Source of the DNA: Candidatus Sumerlaeota bacterium
GTDB taxonomy: Bacteria > Bacillota > SLNR01
Length of the DNA: 64,000 nucleotides
Direction: 5' to 3'
Assembly (NCBI GenBank): GCA_040766585.1
Contig: JAXGQE010000010.1
Span: 63,117 to 127,116 of the forward strand
The translations under genes and the position numbers were made by a program. The stretch's first letter is position 1. The number at the start of each line of letters is the position of its first letter. The notes under the pieces are model-generated. The model was given only the letters and a program-made list of their open reading frames with translations. It made no database searches and was not told the DNA's origin. Positions 59,547 through 64,000 of this stretch are shown one piece after another.

Positions 59547-60104
59547 GTGAAAATCGGTTTTTTGTCGGATACGCATGGATATTATGAGCACACGAAAAGA
59601 GCGTTGGATATTCTGGAAGGGTGCGATGTAGTGTTGCATTTGGGAGACATTCTGGCTCCGGGTCCCAAAAACGGAATTCAACCGGGATATGACCCCATGG
59701 CATTGGCAGATCTTCTGGCCAATAGGGATACCATCATGATGGTGAAAGGGAACTGCGATGCCGATGTCGATGAAGATGTCATGCAGAAGAAGTTTTTATC
59801 GAATACAGAGCTATTCGTTGAAGCCGGTGAATTGAAAATCTTTGCCAGTCATGGTTACCGGGGAACGATCAGCCAACGGATTGAGAAGGCCAGAAGGCAG
59901 GGGGCCAATGCAGTAGCTGTCGGACACACCCATGTCAAGCAATGGGATCTTGTCGATGAGATGGTCTATCTGTGTCCGGGGAGCGCTGCGATCCCCAAGG
60001 ATGGAACGCGATCTTGCATTGTCTATGAAGATGGGGTTTTTAATTTTTACGATGTGGATACCCACGCGATCTTGAGAACTGTATCTTTGCCCAAAGGCTT
60101 CTGA
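59547..60104 (+). CDS. YfcE/MJ0936-type metallophosphoesterase
   Basis: ORF 59484-60104; probable GTG start behind GGAGGTG; calcineurin-like motifs GFLSDTHG, HLGDI, GNCD, GHTH. Confidence 0.75.
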   Translation: MKIGFLSDTHGYYEHTKRALDILEGCDVVLHLGDILAPGPKNGIQPGYDPMALADLLANRDTIMMVKGNCDADVDEDVMQKKFLSNTELFVEAGELKIFASHGYRGTISQRIEKARRQGANAVAVGHTHVKQWDLVDEMVYLCPGSAAIPKDGTRSCIVYEDGVFNFYDVDTHAILRTVSLPKGF

Positions 60105-60176
60105 CGGGTTCTCCCCTTATGAGCTGTGCAGATAATGGCATGTGACCTGAGGGATGGAGCAGACAGGAGGTTCGTC

Positions 60177-61418
60177 ATGTCAAAACACATGATAGGTGCG
60201 CTGGATTTGGGTACAGCCCACACCACGGCACTGATCGCCGAGATTTATGAGGATCATCAGGCAGTGATTACAGGGATGGGGATGACCAAAACCCAGGGAG
60301 TGGTACGAGGGGCTGTCAACGATCTGGATTTGGCAGCAGCTTCGGTTATTGCGGCTGTTCAGGAAGCAGAGCGGTCATCGGGAAGTACTTTCCCGGCCGC
60401 TTTTCTCAATATCTCCGGAGGGCATATCCGCTCTGAGGAGGGGTATGCTTCAGAGTCGATCTCCGGGGATCCTCCAGATATCAGGCCCAGCGATATTGAC
60501 CGGCTGATCCAGAGAATGAAAGAGATGCCGGTGGCACCGGAGGAAGATATGGTGCATCTGATTCCCAACGAGTTTGCTCTGGATGGAATCGGAGGGGTTC
60601 ACCATCCTGTGGGGATGGCGGCACGAAAAGTGGAAGTGAAAGCCTGCCGGATACTGGTGCAGCATGCACCCTTGCAGAATTTGCTTCGCAGCATGGATCG
60701 GGCCCAAGTCGATGTGGCCGGGTTGATGGTGCATCCTGTGGCTTCGGCAGAAGCTGTTCTGACCGATGAGGAGAAGCAGGAAGGAGTCCTGCTTTTGGAT
60801 TTTGGGGAGGGCACTACCGATCTGGCTTTTTATGCCCACGGTTCTGTTCAGCATGTTTCAGTTGTCCCTATCGGTGGATTCTATTTTACTCGCGACATTG
60901 CACTCGGTCTTCAAATCGGCTGGGATCAGGCAGAAGAGCTGAAGAAGGACAACGGAACATTGCTCCGCAGCATCACCGAAACTCCGCCGCCCATTATGAT
61001 TCCGGTGCTGGGAGGGAAAGAACTGCGTAAAGTCTCTGCAGCGACTGTCAGCGATATTCTGGAAGCCCGGATGCAGGAACTGTGCAGCCGCATCAAGAGG
61101 AACCTGACCCATGTGGATATGATCGATCTGTTTCCCCGGGGTATGGTGGTCAGCGGCGGCGGAGCGTCCATGAAGGGCCTTGCCGACTATCTTTCCAGAG
61201 AGTTCAGGCTGCCGGTGCGGCATGGTCTTCCTCTGAATCCAGACAACCTGCCGGAACGGCTGCAAAAAGATGCAGGAGCAGCTGCCGTGGGATTGATCCG
61301 CTTCGGGGCCCGGCAGCCTCACAGCATAGAAAAGGATGTGGCAGGGAGTGCAGGCAGAGCAAAAAATGTAAATATTTTGTCGGCAATTCGAAGAAGTTTG
61401 CAGGACTTTTTCCGATAG
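60177..61418 (+). CDS. ftsA: cell division protein FtsA
   Basis: ORF 60126-61418, start at ATG 60177 behind AGGAGG; actin-like ATPase motifs (GALDLGT, DFGEGTTD); directly upstream of ftsZ. Confidence 0.9.
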   Translation: MSKHMIGALDLGTAHTTALIAEIYEDHQAVITGMGMTKTQGVVRGAVNDLDLAAASVIAAVQEAERSSGSTFPAAFLNISGGHIRSEEGYASESISGDPPDIRPSDIDRLIQRMKEMPVAPEEDMVHLIPNEFALDGIGGVHHPVGMAARKVEVKACRILVQHAPLQNLLRSMDRAQVDVAGLMVHPVASAEAVLTDEEKQEGVLLLDFGEGTTDLAFYAHGSVQHVSVVPIGGFYFTRDIALGLQIGWDQAEELKKDNGTLLRSITETPPPIMIPVLGGKELRKVSAATVSDILEARMQELCSRIKRNLTHVDMIDLFPRGMVVSGGGASMKGLADYLSREFRLPVRHGLPLNPDNLPERLQKDAGAAAVGLIRFGARQPHSIEKDVAGSAGRAKNVNILSAIRRSLQDFFR

Positions 61419-61469
61419 ATACGAAATATGCTAGCAGGTTTGAAATGAGAATGCAGGATGAAGGAGGTC

Positions 61470-62531
61470 ATGATTTTGCTGGAACTGGATATCGATTCTG
61501 ATCAGTTCGCTCAGATTAAAGTGATCGGTGTAGGCGGCGGCGGCAGCAATGCTGTGAACCGCATGATTACAGCCGGCCTTCGCGGTGTTGAGTTTATTGC
61601 CATCAACACAGACGGCCAGGCACTGTTCCTGTCAGAGGCAGAACAGAAAATACAGATTGGCGAAAAACTGACCAAGGGTTTGGGAGCGGGTGCAGATCCC
61701 GATATCGGCCTGCGGGCGGCAGAAGAAAGTCGTGAAGAAATAAAGCAAGTGCTCAAAGGCGCCGATATGGTATTCATTACCGCCGGAATGGGTGGGGGTA
61801 CCGGAACAGGAGCGACTCCCATAGTCGCTGAAATCGCCAAAGAAATAGGGGCCTTAACGGTGGGGGTTGTCACAAAGCCCTTTTCATTTGAAGGACGAAA
61901 GAGAATGAGTCAGGCGGAAAAGGGAATCCAGAATTTGCGGGAGAAAGTGGATACGTTAATCACCATTCCCAATGACCGTCTTCTCCAGGTTGTGGAACGG
62001 AAAACATCCATTACCGAAGCATTCCGGGTGGCGGATGATGTTCTGAGACAGGGTGTTCAAGGCATATCAGATTTGATTGCGGTCCCTGGCCTGATCAACC
62101 TGGACTTTGCCGATGTAAAAACCATTATGGTGGGGACCGGTTCGGCCCTGATGGGAATTGGTGTCGGAAGCGGCGAAAACCGTGCGGCAGCAGCGGCAGA
62201 AGCAGCCATATCCAGTCCTCTGTTGGAAACATCCATTGAAGGGGCTCATGGTGTCCTCCTGAATATTACCGGGGGTGCTACCTTGGGTCTGTACGAAGTG
62301 AATGAAGCTGCCGAAATCATTGCCAAATCGGCCGATCCTGAAGCCAACATTATCTTCGGGGCTGTCATTGATGAAGAACTGGACGATGAAGTTCGCGTAA
62401 CGGTTATTGCCACCGGCTTCGGGGGACTGCCCTTTAAAGCAACCATAGACAGAGAAAAAGAAGATCCAATGAATGTGAAACCTTTCAGTGAAGAGGATTT
62501 GGATATCCCGGCATTCTTGCGCCGGAAATGA
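61470..62531 (+). CDS. ftsZ: cell division GTPase FtsZ
   Basis: Tubulin signature GGGTGTG and [14 protein letters not shown]; start at ATG 61470 behind GAAGGAGGT. Confidence 0.95.
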   Translation: MILLELDIDSDQFAQIKVIGVGGGGSNAVNRMITAGLRGVEFIAINTDGQALFLSEAEQKIQIGEKLTKGLGAGADPDIGLRAAEESREEIKQVLKGADMVFITAGMGGGTGTGATPIVAEIAKEIGALTVGVVTKPFSFEGRKRMSQAEKGIQNLREKVDTLITIPNDRLLQVVERKTSITEAFRVADDVLRQGVQGISDLIAVPGLINLDFADVKTIMVGTGSALMGIGVGSGENRAAAAAEAAISSPLLETSIEGAHGVLLNITGGATLGLYEVNEAAEIIAKSADPEANIIFGAVIDEELDDEVRVTVIATGFGGLPFKATIDREKEDPMNVKPFSEEDLDIPAFLRRK

Positions 62532-62603
62532 GGCAGATCCATAAGAGCGCTCCTGATAAGGGCGCTCTTGCTGTAACAGGTCGGAATTCGGGAGGTGTCC
62601 AAC

Positions 62604-63053
62604 TTGCGGTGCCCATATTGTAATTATCCCGAAAGCCGGGTTTTGGATTCAAGACCGGCCGAAGAAGGGACTGCGGTACGCCGTCGAAGGGAATGTGTGC
62701 AGTGCCTGAAGCGTTTTACCACTTATGAGAAGATCGAAGAGATACCGTTGGTTGTGGTAAAAAAAGACGGACGCAGAGAGCCGTTTAACCGAAATAAAAT
62801 GATCAACGGATTATTGAAAGCATGTGAAAAGAGACCTGTATCGGTGGATGTTCTGGAAAAAGCGGCAGACGATATCGAGCGGGATCTGCGAAATACCCTG
62901 GACCGGGAAGTGGACAGCAAAGTCATCGGAGAAATGGTGATGGAAAAACTGAAAACCATCGATGAAGTAGCCTATGTCCGCTTTGCCTCCGTGTACCGAC
63001 AATTTAAAGACATTAACCGGTTCATGGAGGAATTGGAAAAACTACTGAACTAG
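62604..63053 (+). CDS. nrdR: transcriptional repressor NrdR
   Basis: ORF 62595-63053; TTG start at 62604 ([17 protein letters not shown]..., zinc ribbon plus ATP-cone) behind GGGAGGTG. Confidence 0.9.
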   Translation: MRCPYCNYPESRVLDSRPAEEGTAVRRRRECVQCLKRFTTYEKIEEIPLVVVKKDGRREPFNRNKMINGLLKACEKRPVSVDVLEKAADDIERDLRNTLDREVDSKVIGEMVMEKLKTIDEVAYVRFASVYRQFKDINRFMEELEKLLN

Positions 63054-63065
63054 CTGGGAGCTGCG

Positions 63066-63905
63066 ATGATCGAGAAAATGGATGATATTATCTGGTACAA
63101 ATCCGAAAATGGACTGACACTGATTCAGTTTGACCATTTTAACCGCACGGGATTGGTCGAGCATGGACTGACAACGCGTATTGGAGGATTCAGCAAAGGA
63201 TCCTGGACAGCGTTGAATGCAGGATACATGGCCGGGGATCAGGATGAGCATGTGAGAGAGAACCGGCGGATGATCAGTGAATCCATGGGGATGTCATTGA
63301 ATGACTGGATCAACGGGGGACAAAGACACACCGACTGCATTGAACAGGTGGGTGTATTGGACCGGGGACGAGGTGCCTATTCTGCCAAAACCTGTTTTCC
63401 AGCCACCGACGGATTGATGACCAATGAAGCGGGTGTTTTACTGGCTGTGTTTTACGCGGATTGTGTACCGCTGTTGTTTCTAGATCCCAAAAAGAGAGCC
63501 ATTGCGGCAGTCCATGCCGGTTGGAAAGGAACTGCAAAGCACATTGGCATGAAGACTGTGGATAAGATGAAAAATGCCTACGGGGCGGATCCCGGGGACA
63601 TTCTGGTGGGAATTGGCCCGGCTATCGGACCGTGTTGTTATGAAGTGGATGATCCGGTAATTCGCTCCTTTGAGGATGGTTTCTCCGGGCCGTGCCTCCA
63701 CCCTGCCCAGGATCCCGGTAAAGCATTTTTGGATTTGTGGGCTGCCAATTATCAACAGTTGGTTTGTGCCGGGGTATTGCCGGAGCATATTCAGACTGTC
63801 AGACTGTGTACTTCCTGTCATACCGAATGGTTTTACTCGCATCGAAAAGAAAAAGGCAGAACTGGAAGGCTGGCTGGCGTCATTGCATTGAAGAAAGAAG
63901 CATAG
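63066..63905 (+). CDS. pgeF: YfiH/PgeF (YlmD-like) laccase-domain protein / purine nucleoside phosphorylase
   Basis: 279 aa; conserved His/Cys region (ADCVPLLF, AVHAGWKGT); YlmD homologues follow the ftsZ region in Bacillus. Confidence 0.85.
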   Translation: MIEKMDDIIWYKSENGLTLIQFDHFNRTGLVEHGLTTRIGGFSKGSWTALNAGYMAGDQDEHVRENRRMISESMGMSLNDWINGGQRHTDCIEQVGVLDRGRGAYSAKTCFPATDGLMTNEAGVLLAVFYADCVPLLFLDPKKRAIAAVHAGWKGTAKHIGMKTVDKMKNAYGADPGDILVGIGPAIGPCCYEVDDPVIRSFEDGFSGPCLHPAQDPGKAFLDLWAANYQQLVCAGVLPEHIQTVRLCTSCHTEWFYSHRKEKGRTGRLAGVIALKKEA

Positions 63906-63949
63906 AAGATTGATATTCAAACGGAACCATACTATGGCTAGAAGGGAGG

Positions 63950-64000
63950 ATGAACCAAAAGAGTGATGGATCGTCTTCTAGGTCTGATGGCCATGAAGAT
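63950..64000 (+). CDS. possible 5' end of a downstream gene, truncated by the window edge
   Basis: ATG directly after GAAGGGAGG and open to the window edge (17 codons); start ambiguous (alternatives GTG 63963 / ATG 63966); no function inferable. Confidence 0.2.
   Translation, partial: MNQKSDGSSSRSDGHED

Noticed and set aside
1-64000. CRISPR arrays, transposases/integrases, prophage or known defence genes, rRNA/tRNA
   Set aside because: No regularly spaced direct repeats, no terminal inverted repeats flanking a transposase-like ORF, no restriction-modification, toxin-antitoxin or phage-like genes, and no tRNA-like cloverleaf candidates found by eye in the intergenic regions; a tRNAscan/cmsearch run would be needed to exclude small RNAs.

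Overview
This 64-kb window reads as chromosomal housekeeping DNA from a GC-rich (about 55-58%), anaerobic, probably spore-forming Firmicute (Clostridia-like). Gene density is high and I saw no rRNA, tRNA, CRISPR array, transposase or integrase. All calls rest on reading the six-frame ORF track and the sequence by eye (motifs, Shine-Dalgarno spacing, hairpins); no database search or folding was run, so family names are recognition-based and start codons are best estimates. Left to right: a dTDP-amino-sugar cassette (DegT-type aminotransferase, rfbA, rfbB); a 1238-aa multi-PAS GGDEF/HD-GYP c-di-GMP protein; a CapA-like protein; a DUF362-ferredoxin gene; a pair of M16 peptidase-like genes; a PqqB-like metallo-beta-lactamase-fold protein; a cupin-hcp operon; a yfcC-type transporter with an M20 amidohydrolase and a divergent HTH gene; copA-copZ with a CsoR-type operator, while csoR itself lies about 10 kb away; a redox module (mini rubredoxin-like protein, aldo/keto reductase-ferredoxin fusion, rubrerythrin); a SERCA-like P-type ATPase; an operon of a glutamine-amidotransferase-like hydrolase, gabT, aldehyde:ferredoxin oxidoreductase, a CoA-transferase and a BenE-type transporter; glnA; and a complete dcw cluster (mraZ to ftsZ) followed by nrdR and pgeF. 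The most interesting candidates are a probable yybP-ykoY (Mn2+) riboswitch in the leader of the P-type ATPase, the aldehyde:ferredoxin-oxidoreductase-centred amino-acid catabolic operon, and several operator-like palindromes (CsoR box, MraZ boxes, a -41.5 palindrome at the hcp promoter, a TGTNA-N7-TNACA box). I found no convincing defence or mobile system.
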